A stretch of 64,000 nucleotides of DNA. Source: Psammoneis japonica (taxonomy: Eukaryota). The notes below the pieces were generated by a model that saw only the letters and a list, made by a program, of their open reading frames with translations, searched no databases and was not told the origin of the DNA. Made by a program: the position numbers and the translations under genes. The stretch's first letter is position 1. Every line of letters starts with the position of its first letter. The stretch is from positions 124,001 through 188,000 of the forward strand of contig QPGO01000115.1 of assembly GCA_008632985.1 (NCBI GenBank). The letters run 5' to 3'. This document shows, piece by piece, positions 12,760 to 22,506 of this stretch.

Positions 12760-14690
12760 TGGCAGCTGCAAAGATTGCCATTGTTGGTGATTGTGAAAGC
12801 TGTTTTTGAGTTGGCGCACATTGCTGTGAAATGTGAAAACTGTTTGTGAGTCAGCGCATGTTGCTGCAAAGCATTTGGTTGCATGAAATCTGCACTCACT
12901 GTTCACATGCTCTCATGTGCTGAACATCACAACATCTGTCAATGAGGAGCTTCTTTGCCCCAAGTTTGTTTTGGTGCTCAGTGAACACTGCACAGTGCAA
13001 ATCATTGTGTGCAGAGCCTTTGCTTGCCAGAGGTGAGAGACTGCATGGACAAGTCAAACATGCAATCCTTGTGATGTGGGGCACTTGCAGTTGACACACA
13101 GATGTGTCAACATGTCTGCTCACAGCAGAATGAGTGCACAAGTCTAAGTGGGCTTGTGAAATGCACACTTTTGAGTTGTGCATCTCCCACCACTGCTGGA
13201 ACCCCATGACACCAGACACATTGCCAGCATTTGCAAGTTGTCAATGCAATTTGTGCTGAGCCACAGCACACAAGACATTTGCTGGTGACTGCCATCTGTC
13301 AGCACAGCACATGCTGCACTTTGTTGAGATGCAAGCATCACACCAACAGCAGCAGAATTTTCTTTGCCACACATGCCAAGCTTCTTCAAGCAACAGCTCC
13401 ACAAATGAAGGCTCTTGGCCAACCTGCTCTCTTGGCCACAGACTCAGGGCTCAGGGTTTGGAGAAAGCATTCCCACAGGTTGTGAAGAAAATGAGAATGG
13501 CTGCCAAGTCAAAACATCTCCCAAAATGTGCAAGAGATTTTGATCTTCACAAACCCTCATTTTGACCTTTCACAAGGTGCCCTCTCTTGCAGATCATTGC
13601 CCTTTCTTTTTCTTGATGATTGAACCTCACAACAGCAAGTGTTGACTTGGTCTCTCCAGCGACACTGGTGCTGATTTTTGTGCTTTGCTTCAACCACAGC
13701 ACTTTTTGACCAGCACACTAGATTGATTTGCCAAGAGTTTCAGATCAAGTTTGGTGGTTCAAAACGTGGGGGTGGAGCAGTGGTTGGCTGAGTTGACACA
13801 GTGGCCCGTGCATGCTGAAAACAAGGGACTCTTTTTCACACTGCACATTGTCGCTCTGCAAGAGACATGGTGCAACAACCAGCAACACAGCTTGTGTGGC
13901 AACACTGTGTGCACAAAGTGCGCAAGCTGCATTTTTCATGGTTGTTGGAGCAGGTGGCAGTTCTGTTGGAACTTTGTGCACAACATTCACAGTGTGGCTG
14001 TTGAGCAACAATTTGCAGGTTGCAAAAGTGAGGGGTTCACAGCAAGAGCTTGATTTTGCAACCACTCTTGCTCTCTGGATTGTTTTGCCACCTTTGGCCT
14101 GTCATTCAACATTCCTTTTGAGCACTGTGTGCAAAATTCCAGCTGCTGTGTTCAAAGAGAATGAGCAGCTGAGTTTGCACTTCAGTGTGTTTCTTGCAAC
14201 ACAAGAAACAAGAAATGAGGCACATCTTTGTGCAAGACAAAGTCATGGCTGATTTGTGAGAGAGAAATGAGAACAAAGTGGAGTGCTGGAAGCAAGCTTG
14301 ATTGTGACACACTGGCTGTTGCAACAGCTGACAATGTCTCTGGCATTTGGCGATCTCAAAGTGGTCAAGTCAGCTGGCGAGTGAGCTGCTTGAAGTGAGG
14401 AGCGGGGGTTGCTTGTCCATTTTGATTGCAGAGACTGCAAGGATTTGTGCAAGGTTGAGCTGTTCAGTCCCAGTCTCCCAATTGTGACACAGAGCTCTCA
14501 TCCACATTTTTCACATGTCTCGCACCTTGTTGTTCAAGCCACAAGCAGCTGGTGCAACAAATCAAAGCCCGGCATCAACCACGAACAAAGAGTGCCACAA
14601 ATGCTGTGCACCTGAATCAGACAAGTGCAATGCATGCCAAGGAGAGTCCCTCTGAAAGATGAGAGGTTGGCTGCGACAACCTTGAGCGAT
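12760..14690 (+). repeat. Copy C of the ~2 kb degenerate direct repeat
   Basis: Colinear with 10150-11900; its 3' part (14230-14640) aligns with 14903-15310. Confidence 0.85.
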
Positions 14691-14708
14691 CCATGGCGCA
14701 AGAAGTCG

Positions 14709-14778
14709 ATTTTGCAACCTGCTCTGGCTCATTTTTGCAACCTGCTCTGGCCTCTGGCTCATTTATTTTGCAACCTGC
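14709..14778 (+). repeat. Short tandem repeat TTTTGCAACCTGC(TCTGGC) x3
   Basis: Directly visible; lies at the right boundary of the depleted block. Confidence 0.85.
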
Positions 14779-14902
14779 AATCTGTCGTTCAATAATCACT
14801 TTCAATGTTGTATACATATAATTTTATATACATTCAAAGAGAATGAATAATAAGATTTTTATTTCAAATCTTCAGAAATATAAGAGAATGCTCTATCTTC
14901 AC

Positions 14903-15310
14903 GCAAGACCCAGTCGTGACTGATTTGTGAGAGGGAGAAGTGGAACGAAGCGGGTCTCACAGTCAAGTGGGAGCAAGTTCGATTATAGCGACGCTGACTG
15001 TTATAACTAACAACGTCTCTGGCGTTTAGTGTTCAGAACCACTAATTGAGTAAATACACTGCTTGAAGTGAGTAGGGATTGCTTGTCTGTTTTGATTGTA
15101 GAAACCACGAGGATAAGTGCAAGTAGATTGAACTGTTCCATCACAATTTCAATCGTGACAACTATGCTAGTTCACGTTTCACTTTCATGACTCACTCATC
15201 TTGTTGTTCAAAACGCGTGATCAGCTGCAACAAATCGATACCCGGCATCAATCATGAAGGAGTGCCGCAAGCACCATTTACCCAACTTGAACGATTGCGA
15301 TGCATGCCAA
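14903..15310 (+). repeat. TA/CG-retaining partial copy (D) of the same repeat, overlapping the start of the downstream ORF
   Basis: Aligns with 14230-14640 and 11590-11830. Confidence 0.85.
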
Positions 15311-16879
15311 GCTTGGGTGGCCAGTATAGCTTATAACAAGCGTCAAAAGACCACTCGTCATTCTGAACACATCGTTCCACACCATACGGATGAAAGTGGT
15401 CAGAAGAATCACGATGAAAAACATCGTAGCTGTGCTCAGCTACTAGTACAAGCTGAACTAGGCGTCCAAGCTACACGAAGCGTTGAAAGTCAGAAATCCG
15501 ATGATTCCGTCGATCAGTATTTGAGGAAGGCCGAGATAGATACGGACGAATCATCGTTTGCTAGTGAGAGGAAAGGAGATGATGGAGATGATTCCTCTTT
15601 TAGCTCTGAAGAAAAGAATGACGATGACCCTGGTTCCGTTGCTACGGCCGTTAAGGAGGCCTCGACGTCTAACACCGCACTGCCTACTTTAGACGATGCA
15701 GGTTTGAAGGAACCCGAGGCTAATGACAGCAAAGCCTCAGGATCGAAAACGATTCCAGACAACTGCGTCGACCTGTCCTGTACAGACGTTGAACAGCAGA
15801 ATGCAATCACGAAGAAAGAGCTCGAAATTCGAAAGACTGTGTTCACGGAATCACAGATTAGTGATGGGAAAGACATAATGAACGAGGAGCAGTACGAAAG
15901 TATGGTGAAAGAGTTGCGTGCCTTTGCAAAAGAAGAAGGTTTAGCTGAGCCCAAATTTCTGCTCAATTCAAAAGAAGTGAAAAAGATCCAAGACAGCCAT
16001 GTCACGCTTGGACATCCCGGCATGGGGAGAAACCGGGATCACACTAGAGCTACCGAGATGATGTTTGACTACCTAAAGCAGAGGCCCCATCGAGAGGGAA
16101 TGAAACAAACCAGCATCGGAAGAAACACGAAAAAGGAGGATAAATTCAGTCCGTTTGAGACTTGGATGAGAAAGGAAAAAGAGAGATATGGGATTCAGGA
16201 GGATATAGTTTTTTTGAGGAAGAAGTACTCACTATCCGAAAGAAGTCAGGAGACAGAGGAATGGCCTGAAAACAAAATCGAGCCTGGGACAGAGGGAATA
16301 TATTTCTGGTCGGATCCTAAACACCCTGAGTTTGGTATCGCGACTCGCCTTGCGTTGGTAACTCACCGATTTGACATACAGCGTCAAATCTCGGATCAGG
16401 CACCAGGACAGACTATTGCGCAAGAGCCTCCAACTGAAGCACTGGCGAGGACTAGTCCTATTGAAACTAACGACGAATCAAGTTTCGGAGGCGACGGCTC
16501 GACAATGGAGATGGAGGACGAAGGGAAGCAGCCGATTTTGGAAGACGAGGACAAGCGGTCAAGTAATACCGATTTCAAAGAGAACTCTCGGAGCACAGCG
16601 GATGGTGGTGCGTCCTTGCACGAGAACAACGGGAATCATTGCATCGAGGTTGAAACCAACTACGGTAGACATGAAGACGAACGGAAAATGCGAGCTTGGC
16701 TGGATGTCCACCAGCTCCCGCAGTCCACGGCAGATATCTTGTTGGAACTGGGTGCTCGATGCGTCGATGACGTTTTGATGTTGGTGCAGGAAATGCCGGA
16801 GCATTTGTCGAATTTTCGTCCTCTGGATCTGCTGAAACTCAACAGAGCTGTGACTCAGCGCATGATGGGTTCACCGTAA
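15254..16879 (+). CDS. Unknown acidic protein with C-terminal SAM-like domain
   Basis: 541-aa ORF with normal composition; C-terminal MRAWLDVHQLPQSTADILLELGARCVDDVLML...LDLLKLNRAV resembles a SAM fold. Confidence 0.55.
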   Translation: MKECRKHHLPNLNDCDACQAWVASIAYNKRQKTTRHSEHIVPHHTDESGQKNHDEKHRSCAQLLVQAELGVQATRSVESQKSDDSVDQYLRKAEIDTDESSFASERKGDDGDDSSFSSEEKNDDDPGSVATAVKEASTSNTALPTLDDAGLKEPEANDSKASGSKTIPDNCVDLSCTDVEQQNAITKKELEIRKTVFTESQISDGKDIMNEEQYESMVKELRAFAKEEGLAEPKFLLNSKEVKKIQDSHVTLGHPGMGRNRDHTRATEMMFDYLKQRPHREGMKQTSIGRNTKKEDKFSPFETWMRKEKERYGIQEDIVFLRKKYSLSERSQETEEWPENKIEPGTEGIYFWSDPKHPEFGIATRLALVTHRFDIQRQISDQAPGQTIAQEPPTEALARTSPIETNDESSFGGDGSTMEMEDEGKQPILEDEDKRSSNTDFKENSRSTADGGASLHENNGNHCIEVETNYGRHEDERKMRAWLDVHQLPQSTADILLELGARCVDDVLMLVQEMPEHLSNFRPLDLLKLNRAVTQRMMGSP

Positions 16880-17621
16880 TTCCGTTTGGAGACGAGACTT
16901 AGCGCACTTATGCATACCCAAAATCCAGCTTCGTTTGAAACAGTTTCACTTGTGTACGTACATCGTCATGAGTGAAGTGTGCGAGCGACCGCCGATGAGG
17001 GGATTTCGATAATTTGTAGAAAGTGTTTCAATAGATACGACCTTGTTAGGACGTTCTAGCTAGTAATATTATGTTGTCGACCTACCACCACTTTATAAGT
17101 GGTGAGTGAATACTAGTTGGTTGACTTATTGGCATCGTGCAGCAAGTCCTTACCAACACTCTCTAGCTAGAGCTATTTTTTTATTTAGGAATTCCGGTGC
17201 AGGGTTGAGCCATGAACAACAACGTCAGTAATTACCAACATTACAACGACGATAATGCCCTCTAGCTAGCTAGGGCCCTATTTAGAGCAACAATAACAAC
17301 ATTTTGGGTGAGCGGCGGAGGGTGGGGTGTGGCGTGCCCTGCTCGAAAAAATGAGGTGAGCCATCAGCGTCTGCGCTCGATTGTTGAGTTGGCATCTTGC
17401 TTCTTATGCTTCCAGCTTGTTGCTTGTGGGATGTGGGAAGCACTCTCTTCATTTATTGCGGCAGTTTGCAACCTGCAACGAAAACCTTTTTGTTTCAAGC
17501 GTTTTGTGTGTCTTTAAAGAATGACTCGGGTTGTGGTAATTGCACCGAGTGCGTCAAATGCGTTGTTTTTGTAATGTGCTTGGGTGTGGGAAGTGGTAAG
17601 GATCCATGTTTCTCACTTTAG

Positions 17622-18130
17622 TGTATCTGCCGCCTCCGTAACGTACTCGCAGTTACAACGATACCGGGAAATGGCAGAGTTGAATTAGGGGATGTTCAAG
17701 TCGATATATTTACAGTTGGGGATGTGAAGCAGCGGATTGAAGCAAAGGCCAACATTCCTGTAGATAGTCAAAACTTGTGGTGGAAAGGGTACATTCTCGA
17801 TGCTGATGATCTTTCACTGTCCGCAGCTTGTGTTGGTACGTTCGGTCGTCAAAGTAACAAGTTTTAAAAGCGTTTCGTAAGTCAGCGAAACATCTCATTC
17901 TTTGTGGTTGTGAATGTTGCAAAGGCGTTAACGAGGGCGAAGAAATGGAAAAGGATCAATCTGATGTTGTGATTTTCTTGACAGAAGCAATCAAGAAAGA
18001 CGAAGAGACACCCCCGCCCGCTTCGCCCAGCTTTGGACGTCGGCTGCGTTCATCATCCTTTGATGTTGAAAAGATACGGATAGAACTACAGAAACAGCGA
18101 GAAAGCATATCCAAATGCGTTATTTTATAG
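17622..18130 (+). CDS. Ubiquitin-fold protein ending in CaaX (CVIL); 5' exon unresolved; intron 17836-17924
   Basis: TVGDVKQRIEAKANIPVDSQNLWWKGYILDADDLSL is ubiquitin-like; GTACGT..CAAAG intron joins it in frame to ORF 17945-18130, which ends KCVIL*. Confidence 0.7.
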
Positions 18131-18173
18131 AAACTTCATGGAGTGTGAGTTATCAGCATCGGCGTTTCGTATC

Positions 18174-19408
18174 CTACTCTTGTTTCATTTCTGCGAGAAC
18201 TGGAGCAAATTCTTTGCGCAAAGCATGAGCGTACATGTCCGTATTATAGAACTTGTAACGAAGGGAACCGCGATGAGCACAGAGTGCAGTGAGCATGAGC
18301 AGAATGAACTGAAACACCTTTTTCGAACAAAAGCAGGGGTACGCAATGCAATAAATGGCCGCCGTTGCCATGAAGGCATGTGCAAACATGTACAACAAAA
18401 AGTCTCTCACTTCGTAGTGATCATTCTTGATCTGTTCTTTGCTCTCGGCAACCGATCGTCCCCAAAATGCCTTTCCAGACATAATGATCAAACCGCCTCG
18501 TACCGTCGAGTGAAAGACTGTATCCCACACTGGTTTCCGATTCAAATCCTTCCTCGGCAAGTTCAAACCCCAGACAAGCATCCAAATCGTGTACGGAATA
18601 AACCAACCGAGGTAAACAATCATTGTATTTCCCGCTACAGTTCCCACTCCTGTTATGAAGGGTATAAAGAAGTATTTGGTACTTCCATCGACATTCTCGG
18701 GAAAGAATTGAAGGTCGTTGGTGTAGGATAAATCAAACGTGGATGGCCACGCTTCTTTAATCACGTCCGACTCGTACAAAAAGGTGTACGTAAGAAGGGG
18801 AGGGAACAAATGGATGAATACACCAGCCATTGTGCGAACACTATGGAAACAGAGTGCAACAAACGGGAGAAGGGCACATGCCAAAATCAAGACACCGGAT
18901 ACGCCAACCAACGCCAAAAAGGCTTGTTTGCGGAGATTGTAACCCTCGGACGCTGTAACCATGTCTTGGTCTTCTGATTCGAGAGAGCCGAATCCCAAGA
19001 GCGCGAACACGGCGATACCAAGTGTACTCATTTGCCAACAGTAATCCAAGTGATAAAGGAGTTCTCTGCAAAGGATGGGTCAAGAAGTGAGCTACCGGTT
19101 CGGCAGTACAAAGCGTCAGATCAAAAAAGTGAAGCTTACCTAAGAGGTTGAGCGTTGTAATCAAGATAGAGTTTACAAGGGAAAAGATAGCATCCCTCGA
19201 TAATGTATAGAATCCAAAAGTGTTCGGGATACATTGCAAATACGAAGGAAATGAGAAAGCAATTCAGCACTCCAACTGTAAAGTGATAGGCCTTTCCGAA
19301 GCCTTCTTTTTCTCGTTTGACTTTTGTCACCTCAATCAATTCAAACACTCGTCTGATGGTTTCTTTCTCTCCATCACGATAGGCCTGATCTTTCTTTGAA
19401 GAACTCAT
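18174..19408 (-). CDS. Multi-pass membrane protein, GPC1/DUF2838 glycerophosphocholine acyltransferase-like; intron 19066-19139
   Basis: LYHLDYCW and LCFHSVRTMAGVFIHLFPPL motifs; several TM segments; in-frame intron. Confidence 0.7.
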
Positions 19409-19916
19409 TTTTCAATTTCAATCAAAAGTAGAGATGCAGCTGAAGAATAAGCCATCATCAACACCTACGTACAGTACGACGGCGACCGAATTGGATTTTG
19501 GAATTTTGGAATTTTTCAAGATCCAAAAATCCAAGCAAAACTTCACTCCGAAGCGACAGTCTGTCAATCAGTGCGTATGTATGCTGGTCTTTTGGAACAA
19601 ATTCGGTGAACGCTGGACAGACTCTACGTCTTTTTCGTACGTGAAAATTGTACTGGCGAAACCGCCACCCGCCGAGCGCCGAGCGCCACCACAAAAAAAA
19701 ATCGGCATGATGCTTTTTGTTTGCTGAGGACTGAATCATCGCATCCGTGCATATTAATACAGCTGTGGCGTTGATGCTCTTGTGTCAAAAGGAACAAGCT
19801 AGCGATTTAGGATCTCTAGGGAGTGCAGCTGTCATATTGAAAAATCGTTTTCTCTGCTGGGTCGCGCAATCTGTGTTGGAATCTATGAAATTCGACGTAA
19901 CATTCAGGATAAAGGC

Positions 19917-21287
19917 GTGATGGGGAAACTTGGTGACGAAACATTTTCGTATTGGGGATCTGGTGATGTCGAACGTTCACATATGACTGAACAGATTGAT
20001 GGAGAGACATTGCAGCAAGACGTCAATAATTGCTCTAGTCATGAAGGTTGCCAGCTCAAACCACTCGGTGTTTATGGCGCAATTGTTGGGGATGCACGCT
20101 TTCAGTCTCAAGAGTCGTCGGGCTCAGCACCATCCTCTTGCTCAACAGGCGAAAGTGATGAAAACGCTCGGGATCCTAGAAAGAATGCCTGGAAAACTAT
20201 ATTTCTTTTTGGTCAAGCCATCGCGCTGGCGTCTGCTTCTACAAATGCGGCTTCGTTCACGATGTTTTACAATGTTGGGATATCAATTCCCCTCTTTCAA
20301 ACGTGCATCATGTACAGTTTCCTCTCGTTGCACATCCTATATCAATTTCATGACAAGTCTTTGAACAATGATGAGTGTGATTGTCAAGAACAGCTCCCAA
20401 TGTTTGGTCCTATCGACGAGAACTGCCAGAAAAGGCAACCGACATTCAAGCTACCATTTACAAGTCTGCGATTGAGAGTTCCGTGGTGGAACTACTTTAT
20501 AGTTGCCTTTCTTGACGTTGAATCGAACTATATTGTTCTACTGTCATTTCGCTACACAACGCTGACAAGCACGACGCTCCTCCTGTCATTGACTGCACCT
20601 GCGACAATGTTGATATCCCGTTGCATACTCCGTCGCAGTTATACGGCTCGACACGCATTGGGTGTTTTGCTGTGTTTGCTTGGCGGGACAATGACTGTGT
20701 GGTCTGACATGATGGTAGGATCAAGAGTCGTGTCCAACGTCTCTACTCCTTCAACTCTGGAGAGCGAAAATGACCTTGAGGTACAGTCTCGCAGCCTGTT
20801 GGGTGATTTCCTCGCAATTGTCGGTGCTCTCCTGTATGGATTGACTGATACAGTGGCAGAATATGCCATTACACACATTGATCGTGTCGAGTATCTGGGT
20901 ATGCTGGGTTTGTTTGGAACGATCATCAGCTTTGTTCAGTTTCCCTTTACCGAGTGGGACAATGTGGTTGTACTCGTTACAGACACCCTTCCCGAACTAC
21001 AACTCGACGCATGCATGGTGATGGTTTGGTATATTATGTCCTTGGTTGCATACTACATATTGGCAAGTCTCTTTCTCGCTAGAGCTGACGCGACCCTCTT
21101 GAACCTTTCCCTGCAAACAAGTCAATTGTGGGCAATTCTCTTCTCCGTAGTTGCAGATGGCCTCGTGCCACCTCCCCTGTTCTTTGTGGCTGTGATTTTG
21201 GTGGTGTCAGGTGTGTTCATTTATGAAATTAGAGAACCCCTTTCTGCTAGCGACGAGAGAACGAAGCTTATAACAGAGGTACCATGA
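19917..21287 (+). CDS. SLC35F1/F2-like DMT-superfamily transporter
   Basis: FLDVESNYIVLLSFRYTTLTS, LLGDFLAIVGALLYG, EYLGMLGLFG, ATLLNLSLQTS; about 10 TM segments. Confidence 0.88.
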   Translation: MMGKLGDETFSYWGSGDVERSHMTEQIDGETLQQDVNNCSSHEGCQLKPLGVYGAIVGDARFQSQESSGSAPSSCSTGESDENARDPRKNAWKTIFLFGQAIALASASTNAASFTMFYNVGISIPLFQTCIMYSFLSLHILYQFHDKSLNNDECDCQEQLPMFGPIDENCQKRQPTFKLPFTSLRLRVPWWNYFIVAFLDVESNYIVLLSFRYTTLTSTTLLLSLTAPATMLISRCILRRSYTARHALGVLLCLLGGTMTVWSDMMVGSRVVSNVSTPSTLESENDLEVQSRSLLGDFLAIVGALLYGLTDTVAEYAITHIDRVEYLGMLGLFGTIISFVQFPFTEWDNVVVLVTDTLPELQLDACMVMVWYIMSLVAYYILASLFLARADATLLNLSLQTSQLWAILFSVVADGLVPPPLFFVAVILVVSGVFIYEIREPLSASDERTKLITEVP

Positions 21288-21508
21288 AACACTTCCACAA
21301 GGACCGCGTACACCGTCGGGAGAATCGAATCGCTCGGGAGAGTTGGCGCCTTTCGATCTGCTACAGTATCCTGTCCGGTGATTTGCTACAGAAGCCGAAC
21401 ATCATAAACAACAATATAGAGTTTGCTAAACTAGCTGTTTTCAGAGCGAGTGCAAACGAACTGTATGCAGTTCATAAAGTTGCTACAATTCCTACTGCCT
21501 GTGCCTAT

Positions 21509-22120
21509 CTAGGACAACCCGTAACCCCCGATAAGGAGAATAAACATAAGACCAAGACCACCGAAAATAATCGTATTCTTCTGTTCACTGGTCATTGCGT
21601 TTCCACCAAATCCATAGCCCTGGTTGACTTCAAATCCTGGAATCTCCGTCACAACTTCGGCAAAGGAATCCTTCGAGGCGCGGCAAACTGGACAACGCCA
21701 GTTGGAGGCCAGATCCTCAAATTGTGTACCAGGCTTAACCGTACCACCAATCATGTTGCTATCGCCCACCTCTGGATCGTACTCCCAGTCGCAGTTGGAG
21801 CACTTGTACTTTCCGGTGCTCTTCTTCATGAACACTTCTTGAGCGCGCAACTCATCCGATCTCCGTATCTTTTCCATTTGAAGGCGTGTTTCTGCATCCA
21901 TCATTGCATCTTCCATCGGGTCAACGTCGTCAGTTGCTGTGCTCGATGCGCTTGATTCGCCAGTAGATTCCTCTGTACTCATTGCAAGAACCATAGCGAC
22001 GTTTCTGTTGGCAAAAGTAGGCGGCATGGCGGGACCTACTCGACTTGAAGGAAGAACAGAGAATGCATCCACTACTGCCAACGATGCCAACCAGGCCACA
22101 ATCAGGGAAACTTTCGTCAT
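21509..22120 (-). CDS. Plastid rubredoxin (RubA/RBD1-like)
   Basis: Signal peptide plus DAF motif; YKCSNCDWEYDP...WRCPVC; C-terminal TM helix. Confidence 0.92.
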   Translation of the reverse strand: MTKVSLIVAWLASLAVVDAFSVLPSSRVGPAMPPTFANRNVAMVLAMSTEESTGESSASSTATDDVDPMEDAMMDAETRLQMEKIRRSDELRAQEVFMKKSTGKYKCSNCDWEYDPEVGDSNMIGGTVKPGTQFEDLASNWRCPVCRASKDSFAEVVTEIPGFEVNQGYGFGGNAMTSEQKNTIIFGGLGLMFILLIGGYGLS

Positions 22121-22506
22121 TGTCTTTCGTGTCCGTCTGCTTATCCGTTATGTGAGGGTACGGGTCCTATCGTCGCAGCTTGTGTGTCAGAGGTTGTCAG
22201 CAACAAGATGTTTGCCAACGCAGTGTCTTGCGTTGTAGTGTTGTGCGTGTTGTTATGTCGCGTCGTGTTGGTCCCGCCGGTGTCAGCGTCGATGACGTCA
22301 CTGTGGCTAGAGAGGAGCGAGCGAGCTCGTCGGAGCGCGAGGATTCAGATTTTTCATTCGACCGCATGGCCCTTTTCGACTCCTCCTCCTCAACTCAGGC
22401 CTACTAGACTATGGTAGTAGCTAGAGTGGTACTTCACTTGGTTTTGCCATCCACTAATTTATTAAACTGTTAGCCGTCTTCATTCTAATGAAGACGACAC
22501 TTCACA

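Larger units (their letters stand above)
6420..14790. other. TpA/CpG-depleted block of transposon and pseudogene relics
   Basis: Roughly two dozen TA counted by eye in ~8.3 kb; CG also rare; overlapping Cys/His-rich, almost Tyr-free ORFs in all six frames. Confidence 0.9.

Noticed and set aside
14709..14778. CRISPR-like repeats
   Set aside because: Only three short units, no unique spacers, no cas genes, eukaryotic context
6420..14790. Classical fungal RIP or simple CpG decay as the full explanation
   Set aside because: RIP raises TpA and CpG decay does not remove it; here TpA is lost
6412..14817. Dozens of Cys/His-rich ORFs as real small proteins
   Set aside because: Explained by loss of TAA/TAG stops; they overlap in all frames and lack coherent domains
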